DNA of 64,000 bases, taken from assembly GCA_022826725.1 (NCBI GenBank), contig JAJDUF010000011.1, forward strand, positions 101,000 to 164,999, in the 5' to 3' direction. The position numbers were made by a program, and so were the translations under genes. Positions 51,506 to 61,933 of the stretch are shown in pieces. Below the pieces are notes generated by a model. It did not search any database and had not been told where the DNA came from. It worked only from the letters and a program-made list of their open reading frames with translations. Position 1 is the first letter of the stretch; each line of letters starts with the position of its first letter. Origin of the DNA: Chloroflexota bacterium (GTDB lineage Bacteria; Chloroflexota; UBA11872; UBA12225; JAJDUF01).

Positions 51506-53101
51506 CTAGGAGGGGCGCAACACTTGGCCGCTGCGTGCGCCGGTATGCGCGCCCTGCTCGACGGTGAGAGCGCCGTTGACGAACACGTGGGAGATACCGG
51601 ACGGATACTGCGCGGGCTGAGTGAGGGTGCCGTTGTCCTGGATGGTGGCCGGGTCGAACACGACGACGTCGGCGGCGAGGCCGGGGCGTAGCAGGCCGCG
51701 GTCGGTGAAGCCGAACTTGGTCGCGGGGACGGCGGTCATCTTGTGGACGGCTGATTCCAGGGGCATCCAGCGGCGCTCGCGGACGTAGTCGCCGAGAATA
51801 CGCGCCGTCCAGCCGAAGTTGGCAGGGTGGTTGACGAGGGGCGCGAGCGGTCCGGTGGCGCTGGCGGTCCAGGAGTCGGCCTCGAACGCATAGAGGGGAT
51901 GGGTCATCATCTCGTGTAAGTGAGGCTCGCTGTTCTCCACGCCGACGAGGATGGCATCGTTGATGGCCGCGCCCTCGTTGTGGAGGATGTCCAGGTAGGA
52001 GTCCATCGGGTCTTGGTGCAGGAGATCGCCGATCTCGACAAAGGACTTGCCAAAGAGGTGGTTGCTGTTGGCGGTGCGGGCCAGCCAGAGCTTGTCCCAC
52101 TGGCGCTCGGCGATCAGGAGCCAGTAGCGGCTGCAATCGTTCTTCACCCGCTCGCGGACGGCCGGGACGGCGAGCCGCGCGGCAGCGACGGCCGGACCCT
52201 CGTCGAATAGCCAGGGCGGCAGGACGGCTGCCATCAGCCCGAGGCCGGTCGCGTAGCTGGTCGTGTCGCAGGATACGTCGAGGCCGCGGCGGCGCGCGGC
52301 GTCAATCTGGTCCATCACGCGCCCCCAGGCGCCCGGCGGCGAGCCGCGGCGCGCGAAGTTGTGGGATAGCTGGAGGCGCGCGCCGGCTTGCTCGCAGATA
52401 CCGATGATCTCGGCGATGGACTGCTCGAACTCCTCGTTGCGCGTGCGCTGGTGACAGGCGTGGACCCGCCCGGTGCGGGCGACGACGCGGCTCATCGCCG
52501 TCAGCTCCTCGGCCGAGGCCGCGCGCCCCGGCACGTACTCCAGGCCGGTGGACAGGCCGAGCGCGCCTTCGTCGAGCGCCTGAGCCGCGAGACGCTCCAT
52601 CTGGTTGATGGCATCGGGGGTGGCCGGTATTTCGTCGTAGCCCATCACGGCGCTGCGGACGGCCCCGTGCCCGACGAGGACGGAGACGTTGCCGCCCAAG
52701 CCGCCGGACTCGAGAGTGTCGAGGTACTCGCCGAACGTGGTCCAGGTGACGGAGGCGCCCGGCGCGGAGTTGGCGAGATCGGTGCTGATGCGCTCGCGGT
52801 TGTGGGGCGTGAGCGGGGCGTGGCTGAAGCCGCAGTTGCCGAGGATTTCGGTGGTCACGCCCAGCCGGATGGTGCTGTCGCAGGCGCGGTTGACCAGGAT
52901 GCTCCAGTCGCTGTGCGTGTGGCAGTCAATGAAGCCGGGGGCGATGACCTGCCCCGCCACGTCAATAATCCGTCGGGCGGTAGCGCCGGGCAGGTTGCCC
53001 ACGGCGACAATCCGGTCGTCTTGGATAGCCACGTCGCCGGGCACCCAGGGCGCCCCGCTGCCATCCACCACCCGGCCACCACGCAACAACACGTCGAGCA
53101 T
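51506..53101 (-). CDS. N-acyl-D-amino-acid deacylase (amidohydrolase)
   Basis: GGRVVDGSG, PGFIDCHTHSD, GNCG, GLSTGLEY.PG, ADVVVFDP. Confidence 0.92.
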   Translation of the reverse strand: MLDVLLRGGRVVDGSGAPWVPGDVAIQDDRIVAVGNLPGATARRIIDVAGQVIAPGFIDCHTHSDWSILVNRACDSTIRLGVTTEILGNCGFSHAPLTPHNRERISTDLANSAPGASVTWTTFGEYLDTLESGGLGGNVSVLVGHGAVRSAVMGYDEIPATPDAINQMERLAAQALDEGALGLSTGLEYVPGRAASAEELTAMSRVVARTGRVHACHQRTRNEEFEQSIAEIIGICEQAGARLQLSHNFARRGSPPGAWGRVMDQIDAARRRGLDVSCDTTSYATGLGLMAAVLPPWLFDEGPAVAAARLAVPAVRERVKNDCSRYWLLIAERQWDKLWLARTANSNHLFGKSFVEIGDLLHQDPMDSYLDILHNEGAAINDAILVGVENSEPHLHEMMTHPLYAFEADSWTASATGPLAPLVNHPANFGWTARILGDYVRERRWMPLESAVHKMTAVPATKFGFTDRGLLRPGLAADVVVFDPATIQDNGTLTQPAQYPSGISHVFVNGALTVEQGAHTGARSGQVLRPS

Positions 53102-53316
53102 GGTGTGATCTCCCTTGTTAGCTTGTGATCCGTTCGGAACGGAGCATCATAGTTTACTGCAACGGCGGCTGAGGTGATGGGAGGGACATGGCCGGCCCCT
53201 TCGCTGCCAGAGGTCCGAGGGTCATGCTTGAGAGCGGCTGCGGCTGGTCAACCCAGATTCGCCCACGTGGCGGGTTACGATTGCGACTACAGGCGATCCA
53301 CCTGGACTGATGCTCG

Positions 53317-53721
53317 TCATATTAGCGTCTGCAATGCCTCTCGAGGAGTGATCGCAGGGATTGGTGAGCGAGTGTAGTCCTTGACGTTTCTGGTGACGAT
53401 GTGTTCGGCTCCGCACGCACGGGCGGCGGCAACTTGCAGCGCGTCCTCGAAATCGGACATGGGCAGTGCGGCGGCAAAGCGGACTGCTTCCGTACTCGTC
53501 TCCGCCACCCCCACAAATCGCGTTAGCTCGACGATGAAATCGCGGGCGCTCAATCCGCCGCGCGCTGGTGCCACGAGGTAATAGAAGTTCGACACGGTGT
53601 GCCAAGCGATGAACGCTTGCGTTGGACCGTGCTCGATCCGATCAAGTAGCTCGGCGGCCGGATCGGCGTGGGGGTGCCGGTCGAGCGCCACATCAATGAG
53701 CATGTCGGTGTCGAGCAGCAT
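53317..53721 (-). CDS. vapC: PIN-domain toxin (VapC-like)
   Basis: LLDTDMLID, DFEDALQ, IVTRNVKDY. Confidence 0.88.
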   Translation of the reverse strand: MLLDTDMLIDVALDRHPHADPAAELLDRIEHGPTQAFIAWHTVSNFYYLVAPARGGLSARDFIVELTRFVGVAETSTEAVRFAAALPMSDFEDALQVAAARACGAEHIVTRNVKDYTRSPIPAITPREALQTLI

Positions 53722-53942
53722 CAGAGGTACTTCCGCGCCAGTAGGTCGTAACGTAGGTCGTCACGGCGCGCCGCCTGGAACTGACCTCGCCACCGCGTGG
53801 CGAAGGAGGGGGGCTGCTCCCCAGCCAGCTCTCTGAGCGCTTGTTCAACGAGGGACGAGAGCGACACACCGCGAGAGCGGGCATATCGCTTGGCGTGAGG
53901 GAGTACCTCGGCATCCACGGTGATCGTGAGCTTTTTCTTCAT
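53721..53942 (-). CDS. RHH antitoxin (DUF6364-like)
   Basis: KLTITVD...AKRYA...GVSLSSLVE; overlaps the PIN gene. Confidence 0.85.
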   Translation of the reverse strand: MKKKLTITVDAEVLPHAKRYARSRGVSLSSLVEQALRELAGEQPPSFATRWRGQFQAARRDDLRYDLLARKYL

Positions 53943-54066
53943 TGCTACTCATCGCTCCGATCTTACGTATACGTAAGCCTTCTTCCAGTATACGTGTCCC
54001 TCAACGGTCATTCACGGCCCTCTGAGCCACCCGGCTCTCGCTCCACATGTGTGTAGAAACGCACGC

Positions 54067-54291
54067 CTACAGTGCTTCCGGGTCCAGCGGCTGCGTCCGC
54101 CCCGCGCGGTGCGCCGCCACGGCCTCGTCAGCCAGCTGCTCTAGCAAGTCCTCCGACTCGGGACGGTTGAGCAGTTCGGCCCAGCGCTGCTCCGCATCCA
54201 ACTCGGCGAGCAGAAACCGCGCAAAGGTATCCTGCTGCGTTTGGGGCAGCTTGGCGGCTTGCTCAAAGGCTTGCTGGAGAAGCTCGGTCAT
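54067..54291 (-). CDS. Small antitoxin-like protein, no adjacent toxin
   Basis: MTELLQQAFEQAAKLPQTQQD..A..LLAEL..E..W pattern. Confidence 0.65.
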   Translation of the reverse strand: MTELLQQAFEQAAKLPQTQQDTFARFLLAELDAEQRWAELLNRPESEDLLEQLADEAVAAHRAGRTQPLDPEAL

Positions 54292-54453
54292 CGGTGTTTT
54301 TCCTTATGCGGGGGAGCCTGGCTGGGAGCAGTTGCTCGGATACACGTTACCACGTTCGCTACGGACGCTACAATCCTAGGCAGGAGTGACAGAGTGCGGG
54401 CATCGGCGCTGTGCCGGCGAGGGCTGGGTATTGACCGTAGGGAGTTCTGAGCC

Positions 54454-54882
54454 ATGATCTATACCTACCCGTGCAAGCTTACCCCTGATGAAGCAGGCGG
54501 CCTGTTGGCTACGTTCCCCGACGTTCCCGAGGCTATCACCGGCGGAAGGGACCGGTCCGAGGCTCTGGCAATGGCGGAAGACGCCCTCGCTACGGCCCTG
54601 GCCGGATACGTCCATGAGCAATGGGAGATCCCGGCTCCCAGCGCGGCCGTCGCCGGGCAACAGCTCGTTGCGGTACCTACTATTGTTGCCGCCAAGCTCG
54701 CGCTCTACTCGGCCATGCGCGCGCAGCGCATCACGGAAGTGGAGCTTGCCCGGAGGCTGGGCATCAGCGCAGCGGCGGTGCGAAAGCTGACCAACCCGGA
54801 CCAGCACTCCTCCATCAGCCAGGTCCAGAAGGCGCTCCGGGCCGTTGGGCGCAACCTGGCAGTCGAGGTAACCGCGGCCTGA
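54454..54882 (+). CDS. hicB: HicB-family antitoxin with C-terminal HTH
   Basis: TFPDVPEAITGG....EAL.MAEDAL; ELARRLGIS HTH. Confidence 0.85.
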   Translation: MIYTYPCKLTPDEAGGLLATFPDVPEAITGGRDRSEALAMAEDALATALAGYVHEQWEIPAPSAAVAGQQLVAVPTIVAAKLALYSAMRAQRITEVELARRLGISAAAVRKLTNPDQHSSISQVQKALRAVGRNLAVEVTAA

Positions 54883-54977
54883 CGGCGCGGATTGTCTGGG
54901 GTCCCCCGATCCCGTTCAGCGGGTGAGAGGCCAGTTCATCCCCGCGCTGTTCTGTTTCCCCAGGATAATGCGTCCGG

Positions 54978-55826
54978 CTACCACTTCTTTAGGAGGATAT
55001 GGTTGGCAATTGGTATTGCACGGCTTGCTCCCTTGGGATTGCTCGCCGCAAAGAACAACTCGAAAAGCGGAGCGTTTTGTGAGTTCGTGAGTGTTCTGCT
55101 CGTAGGTGCGACTCTTTCAAAGACAGATTCGAGGCGTCTCCTATAGCAATCCGCGATTTCTTTGCTCCCGCCGTGTCGCTCTTGGCTTGGTTCTGGGTCG
55201 AGGAGTGAAGGTTGAAGAGGCGGGCCATACAGCGATTGCCAGTGCTCCTGGCCTCCGAAGACCCGATCAAGACGCTCGGAGAGGGCCAGTATCGGCTCTT
55301 TTCCTCTTGGCATCATGCGGTTAATCGCCATCAGAGGGAACAGAATCCAACAATCAATCTTCTTGGTCCGTGCAATGACCTCTACTGTCTCCCAGGCGAC
55401 CTCGGTAGCGAATGGATCGAGAAATACTACGGCCCGATCAAAGTCCCCCAGCGTGCGGCAAAATCGGGGCAACTCAATATTCGCATCGTCATTGACGACC
55501 CGGATATTGCGATTAGGGAACTCACTGCGAAGCCTCTGGAGTGATTCGCAACGCTGGGAATCCCTCTCGATGAAGAGAAATCGGTCAAAGGCTTTGTCTT
55601 GTATCTTCAGCGCAATCTGCGGCGATCCTTGGCGCAGAGTCCTGAAATCCCCATAGTCCCTATCGTATTCCTTTCCTGGTTTCCAAGACCCCTCGCCGGC
55701 AAAGGCATCCACGTATATCAGGTTGAACCGCTGTTTTTTCAGCATGGTCGTGTAGGTCTCAAGGTATTCCCTGAGAATATCGAGCTTTGCCCTGGTCCAG
55801 GGTCCACCAAATTCCCGGCCGCTCAT
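54978..55826 (-). CDS. Three-Cys-motif partner protein (TcmP-like, SAM-binding fold)
   Basis: FGGPWT..KL, YVDAFAGEG, VFLDPF; downstream of DUF5131 gene. Confidence 0.85.
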   Translation of the reverse strand: MSGREFGGPWTRAKLDILREYLETYTTMLKKQRFNLIYVDAFAGEGSWKPGKEYDRDYGDFRTLRQGSPQIALKIQDKAFDRFLFIERDSQRCESLQRLRSEFPNRNIRVVNDDANIELPRFCRTLGDFDRAVVFLDPFATEVAWETVEVIARTKKIDCWILFPLMAINRMMPRGKEPILALSERLDRVFGGQEHWQSLYGPPLQPSLLDPEPSQERHGGSKEIADCYRRRLESVFERVAPTSRTLTNSQNAPLFELFFAASNPKGASRAIPIANHILLKKW

Positions 55827-55832
55827 TGGCCT

Positions 55833-56585
55833 CTACCTCGTCACTGGCAGTTGATGCCACTGCCGACCGTCAATGGTCGCAGCTTCACCGCCGCGTTTGT
55901 TGCGAACGCCGCCAAGCTGCTTCAGGAAGAACGCGACACCCGCTTGGACGGAGTGATCGCGTACCTGTCGTGCCCAGTCCAGGTCCATCGCTCTGGCTCG
56001 GGGGCCACTCTCGCCACCGACAATTACCCATTGCAGCACGCCGGAATCCAGCCACGGCCGCAGGTCAACCGGTTCGAGCAGCGGCTCGACGGAGACGAAA
56101 CGGATGGGCGCTGGCACACGGGACAATACTGTCAGTCTCGGGGCGTATTTCTGCGTTTCTACCGATGTCCCGATCCAGATGTTGGGCGACCACCCTTGCG
56201 GGAAGTGGTGCTTGTACTGCTCCCACCAGGCAACGGCTCTCCCCGGCCGCTTGGTCAGGACTTGAAAAACGTGACCGCGTTGTTCCGCGGCCTCATCCAT
56301 CACCGAGAACATTTGATAGATGAAGTCGAATGGCACACGCGGATGAAATACATCCGACATGCTGTTGACGAACACGCGCCGGGGCTTCTTCCATGTCAGG
56401 GGTATACGCAGACGCTCAGGCAGGAGCCGGATTTCGCTTGGTACCGCCTCATACCCCGGGACCGCCATCGCCTTCAGGCGCGGATAGAGTGCGAACATGT
56501 AGCAATGGTCGCAGCCGGGGGACACACGGGTACAGCCGGTGACCGGGTTCCAGGTCTCGTCCGTCCACTCAATCGCCGAAGGCAT
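55833..56585 (-). CDS. DUF5131 (Gp37/Gp68-family) three-Cys protein
   Basis: IEWTDETWNPVTGCTRVSPGCDHCY, FVNSMSD, WVIVGGESG, FFLKQ. Confidence 0.92.
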   Translation of the reverse strand: MPSAIEWTDETWNPVTGCTRVSPGCDHCYMFALYPRLKAMAVPGYEAVPSEIRLLPERLRIPLTWKKPRRVFVNSMSDVFHPRVPFDFIYQMFSVMDEAAEQRGHVFQVLTKRPGRAVAWWEQYKHHFPQGWSPNIWIGTSVETQKYAPRLTVLSRVPAPIRFVSVEPLLEPVDLRPWLDSGVLQWVIVGGESGPRARAMDLDWARQVRDHSVQAGVAFFLKQLGGVRNKRGGEAATIDGRQWHQLPVTR

Positions 56586-59500
56586 ACTGTCGCATCCTTA
56601 TGCTGAGGCCGTAGAGGTGGAAGTAGAGGGCGTCGAGGCGGGCGCGGAGGTGGCGGCGCTGCTCGTCGTCCCAGGTGAAGGGCGGGCCGGTGTAGCCGAG
56701 GTCGCGGGCGAACGGCGCCAGGTCGTGGGCGGTGTAGGTGAGGCGCAACACGTGGTCGCGGACCAGCTCGCGGGCGGTGGTGTTGCCGAACGGCCGGTTG
56801 TAGTCGGCGGGGGCGATGATGGGGAGTTGCTCGACAATGAACCAGTTCAAGGTCGTTCCTTGGACTTTCTGCCGTACAACGTAGTCGAATGGGATGCTGT
56901 TCAGGTTGGCTATCAGGCAGCAATGTATCGCGGGGTCAGTTTCGGGCGGAAGCAGGATATTGTTGGCGTTGAATTCATAGGCGGCACGAGGCCCGACTGC
57001 CGCGATCATAGTGCGAACATTGGTTGGGGCCGCAATGCGTTTGTAGGTGAGAATGAATTCACCGGGACTACTCTTGCTGATATGAGTGTGATCAACAAAA
57101 TAACGAGTCACCGGCAACCAAGCGGGATTCTGGTGCTGCTCCAGTGTGGCCGGTGCCGGCTGGCCGGGGCGGTGTAGGTTCTCCGGATTGACCACGACGC
57201 TCGCGGCCCGATGATCGAACGCCTGGACCATCTTGCCCTCGTACAGGGGCAGGTATAGCTCATCTCCGCGCTTCCACCGATTGCCCTGGACGGGGTAGAA
57301 ACCGTCGGCTTCAAGCTGGGCCGCGGTGCGGAAGAGATGGGAGTCGTTGGTCATGTGGAACATGGTGTGGTAGCGGACGGGCCAGGTGCGGCGCTCCTCG
57401 CCGGTGGAGTGGTCTACGAGGACGGGATGGCGCTCGTAGATGCCGCGGGTGATCTCGGCATCGCGGCGAGTGCGGAAGACGGGCGCGGTGCCGGTGTTGG
57501 GGTTGACGCGGGTAAAATCGGCCGGGGCGAGCGGGAAGCAGCGTGCGAGATCGTTGATGGTGGCGGTGTCGGGGAGGAAGAAGGCGCAGTCGGTCCGGTC
57601 GAATTGCCGCTGCTCGCCGCCAAAGATGAGGGCAACGAACTTGAAGCGCCCGTCCACGTCGGGGAAGAAGGGTGGCAGGTCGGTCCCGAGGCGGCGGTTC
57701 TAGAAATCGAACAGGCCGGACACGCGGCCGTTGGTCGAAACGGTCTTGAAGAAGCGGGCGGCGGTCTTGTCGGCGTAGATGCCGGAGGGCGTGAGCAGGC
57801 CGACGATGCCAGCGGGTTTGATGAGGGTCATGGCGCGCTCGACGAACAGGGAATAGAGATTGATGTCGCCGCCGCCGAGCAAGGGGTAGTGGCCGGAGCC
57901 GCGCACCAGCTTGCCGAGGGTGTCGGCGCGCTCTTTGGCGGCATCGAACGCGGCGGCGAGGGGGCTGCCCTGCTTGCGGAGCTGCGCGATCCCGCGGCGC
58001 CGGGCCGCGGCGGTCGGCGCCCGCGCCAGCGCCAGCGAGCGCGTCGCAAACCACTCGACTTCCTGGAGCTTGATGCGGTCCCAGGGCGGATTGCCGATCA
58101 CGGCATCAAAGCCGCCCTGCGGCCGGGTGTTTTGCCAGCCGTGCCAGACGCCGGGGAAGGCGACCTCCCAGTGGAGGAAGTGCTCGCGGTCGGCGATGGA
58201 GTTGGCGGCGTGCCAGAGGCGGGCGAATGCTGGGGAGGAGTGGCCCTCACCCCCGGCCCCTCTCCCGCGGGGAGAGGGGGGAACAGCCGCCGCCGCATCG
58301 TCCGGGCCGTGGGCGAGGAGGGTGAAGGCGTCGGTGGTGGTGGAGAGGGCGTCGCCGAGGGGGGCTTCATAGGTGGCCTGTTCCTTTTTCTTCATGCCGG
58401 CGGTCTGCCAGGAGAGGCCGGACAGGAAGTCGAGCAGGCCGCGCAGGTCCTCGGTCGTGTCCTCGACGCCGCGGAACAAGATGGCCGATTCCCGCACCTC
58501 GGCAATATCGGCGTCGGATAGCGCCTCGATCTCTTGCATCGTCTTGGTGGCGGATTCGGCGCCGGCGATGGCCGAGCCGGCGAACACGCCGCCCAGGCGG
58601 TTCAGCTCGCCGATAGCTTCCCACACCGTCAGGCCGAGCAGGGAGTCGCCGCAGCGCAGGTGGTGGTCCAGGAAGGAGAGCGGAACGCCGACGGTGAAGC
58701 TGTGCAGCCACAGCGACACTTTCGCCAGCTCTACGGCCAGGGGATTTTTGTCCACGCCGTAGATGCAGCGTTTGAGCACCATGCGCCGGATGATGGCCTG
58801 GTCGGTGAGCAAGGACGTGTCCAGCACCCAATCGGCTGCCTCGGCGCGGCGGAGGATGTCCCGCCGGATTAAATCAACGCGCTCGACCAGCGGCGAGGTA
58901 TACGGGTCGGGCAGCCAGGTCAGGTCTGCCGGCACGTCCTCGATCAGGTCGGCGATGTAGTCCGAGAGGTAGTCCACGGCGGTGACGAGGAAGTGACCGC
59001 TGCCCATCGCCGGGTCGAGGATTTTCAGATCGAGGACCGCCGCGGCCGGGTCGAGTTGACGTAGCTCGGCGGTCCGTTCGGCTTGGGGCCGGCGGTCGCT
59101 CTTGAGTACGGCCGCCTTTTCTTCGAACGCCTGCTTGCGCTCCTCCACCAGCGGCCCTAGGGTGCGCTCCACGATGAGGTCAACCAACTCCTGGGGCGTG
59201 TAGAAGCTGCCGCTGTCCTTGCGGGCGTAGGGATTGGGCCGGACGGTGATGCTGCCGTCGTCGTTGCGGAGCGGCTCGCGCTCCAAGAGGCGCTCGTAGA
59301 TGGAGCCGAGCTGTTGGACGGACATATCGCGGTAGTTGATGAATCGGCGGTGACCGTCCGTCTCGGTGTGGCTCAGGTCGTAGATGATCGGGGCCAACTG
59401 CGCGTCCGGCAGGCGGACCTGCTCTAGCAGCGGCGCGGCGTCCGTGGCGAACAGCCCACCGTTGTAGGGTGGCAGGCCGATGGACTCGTCGCCCTCGTCA

Positions 59501-60519
59501 ATCAATCGCCACAGTGTCAGCAGGTGGTTGTAGTAGCCGGCGGCTCTGGTCGAGAAGAGGGCGCTTTGCTGCATACGGTCGGCAATGTGCTCGCGGACCG
59601 GTTTTCGCAGGCCGTAGTCGGCATACCGCGCGTCGTTGACGGGGAGCAGGCCGCGGTCCTCGGCGTAGAGGACGAAAAGCAGGCGGTAGAGGCAGATCAG
59701 GGCAGCATGGCGCACCGGCTCCAGGCTTGCCTCCGCCCCGGCGGAGGCGGCCAGTGCCCGGACGAGGTCGGGGAAGACGCGCTCGAACACCACGCCGGAC
59801 AGGTCCTGGGCGACTCGCTCCTCGTAGCGGCGCCCCTCGGCGAGGGCGTCTTCCAGGAACGTGGTGGTCGCGCCGGCTTGGCGGATGAACGAGGCGCGCC
59901 GGAACAGCAGGAAAAAGGTCCGCAGGTCGGTTTCCCGCTCCGGCTGGAGGATTGTGGCTAGGTCGGCTTCGTAGTAGCCGGTGGCGCGTGGTCGGGCACG
60001 GTAGTCGTAGAGCCGCCAGGTGCGGCCGTTGGTCAGGATGCCCCAGCGGATGGCGCTCTCGGAGGCGATGTCGGCGGTCGCCAGGTAGCGCAGAATCTGA
60101 CCGTGCGGGGTCCTGGCTTGGCCGCCGGCGTCCTCGTCGCGGGCGTCGAGGGCCAGCCCAAAGCGTTTGCTCTCCTCGACGACCGCAGCATCTTGGTACC
60201 GATCCTCAGCGCGGGACCTGCCGGCGGCGCGCTCCTTGGCCGCGCCATCGGTGAAGAGGAGGTAATCCGGGATATCTTCGTTGCGGTTGGCGCCTTGCTG
60301 CGGGAGATAGTCGGCCCAGCCCAGGGCCTCCAGGACGGGCCGGATCAACTCTTGCTCCGTGACGGCCTCGTTGGGTGGCTGCCGGCCGGCGGTGACGGGC
60401 GCATACGCCGGGGCGGCGGCGCTGCGAAAGGCGGCCACTGCTGCGTCCACCGACCGCCACTCGGCGGTGGCCTTGATGCCGGTGGTCAGGAAGTAGTGGG
60501 TGAAGAGCTGGCCGGGCAT
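56569..60519 (-). pseudogene. Type IIG/Eco57I-like restriction-modification enzyme with internal amber stop and apparently truncated C-terminus
   Basis: ILTNG, GSFYTP, LDPAMGSGHF, IGNPPW; single in-frame TAG at 57700-57702 (LFDF*NRR); ends LYGLS-IRMRQ overlapping DUF5131. Confidence 0.85.
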
Positions 60520-60611
60520 GGCACATCCTATACGTGGGCGGCGGCACGATAGCAACCGGCGATCCGTTTGGTGAACGGTACCCCAACGGGTGGTGAGCCG
60601 CCGCCTGGGCG

Positions 60612-60705
60612 GGGCGGACCTTACCCCCCGGCCCCCTCTCCAACATTTGGAGAGGGGGAGTAGATTCCCGCTTTCGCGGGAATGACGGGGGTGAGGTGGG
60701 AATGA
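60612..60705 (+). repeat. REP-like palindrome followed by ATTCCCGCTTTCGCGGGAAT (dRS3-like) palindrome
   Basis: Same family as the 50020/51013 copies; ATTCCC-N8-GGGAAT at 60664-60683. Confidence 0.75.
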
Positions 60706-60849
60706 CAACCTTTCCGACGATCTGCTCAGGGTGAAGGGTCGGCATCAGCGGCGCGGTGTGTGATAGCAGGCCCGTTGCCCCAGGAGTGGGAGGTGGGTAC
60801 TATCAGGGCGGATAGTACGGGCGGCGTCACGTCGCGTAAGGAGTAGCAG

Positions 60850-61869
60850 ATGCGTATTGCGATCAACGGCTTCGGGCGCATCGGTCGGCAGGCATTCAAG
60901 GCGCTGGGCGAACGGCATCCTGACCTGGACGTTGTCGCCATCAACGATCTCTTCGACAGCGACACCAACGCGCACTTGCTGAAGTACGACAGCAACTACG
61001 GCACGTTCGACGGCACGATTGAAGCGACCGACGCGGGCCTGGTCGTGAACGGGCGGGAGATACAGGTCTTCTCGGAGCGCGAGTGGACCGACCTGCCGTG
61101 GGGTGCGCTGGACATTGATCTGGTTATCGAGGCGACCGGGGTGGGGACGGCACGGGAGATGGCGGCAAAGCACCTGACGGCGGGCGCCGGGCGGGTGCTG
61201 ATCTCGGCTCCGGCGACGGACGAGGACATTACGGTGGTGCTGGGCGTGAACGATGAGCAGTACGACCCTGAACAGCACCGGATCATCTCGAATGCGTCCT
61301 GCACGACGAACGGGCTGGCGCCGGTGGTGAAGGTACTCTGGGACAACTTCGGGATCAGCAAGGGCGTGATGACGACGATCCATGCCTACACCAATTCGCA
61401 GCAGGTACTCGACGTGGCGGGGCCGAAAGGGGCGGCGGACCGCGAGCTACGCGCTGGCGCCATGAACATCATCCCGACGAGCACCGGCGCAGCGCGGGCC
61501 GTGGCGCTGGTGCTGCCGGAGGTGAAGGGGATCGTGGACGGGCTGGCCTACCGGGTGCCGACGCCGACGGTGAGCATCGTCGAGTTCATCGCGACGGTGG
61601 AGCGGGCGACGGCGACGGATGAGGTGAACGACGCGCTGCGGGCGGCGGCGGCCGGCCGGATGGAAGGCGTGCTCGATGTGACCGACGCACCGCTCGTTTC
61701 GATGGACCTGAAGGGCAACACGCACTCGTCCATCGTGGATTCGCAACTGACGATGGTGATGGGTGACGATCTGGTGAAGGTCGCGGCCTGGTACGACAAC
61801 GAGTGGGGCTATGCGTGCCGGGTTGCCGACGTGACGAACCTGATTGCCACTCGCGTGGCGGCGGCGTAA
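60850..61869 (+). CDS. gap: Type I glyceraldehyde-3-phosphate dehydrogenase
   Basis: INGFGRIGR, SNASCTTN, WYDNEWGY. Confidence 0.98.
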   Translation: MRIAINGFGRIGRQAFKALGERHPDLDVVAINDLFDSDTNAHLLKYDSNYGTFDGTIEATDAGLVVNGREIQVFSEREWTDLPWGALDIDLVIEATGVGTAREMAAKHLTAGAGRVLISAPATDEDITVVLGVNDEQYDPEQHRIISNASCTTNGLAPVVKVLWDNFGISKGVMTTIHAYTNSQQVLDVAGPKGAADRELRAGAMNIIPTSTGAARAVALVLPEVKGIVDGLAYRVPTPTVSIVEFIATVERATATDEVNDALRAAAAGRMEGVLDVTDAPLVSMDLKGNTHSSIVDSQLTMVMGDDLVKVAAWYDNEWGYACRVADVTNLIATRVAAA

Positions 61870-61933
61870 GGATGCCGGCCTGCGCTTCCCGGCGGCGTAT
61901 GGCAATAGGAAGATTGGCCATCGGAGACGCGCA

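Noticed and set aside
54932-54946. CAGTTCATCCCCGCG, half of a type I-E-like repeat
   Set aside because: Only the 3' half is present, the stem partner is missing, and it is short enough to be chance
57700-57702. Programmed amber readthrough or genetic code reassignment
   Set aside because: TAG is a normal stop in many genes here and no pyl or suppressor genes are visible; mutation or error is simpler
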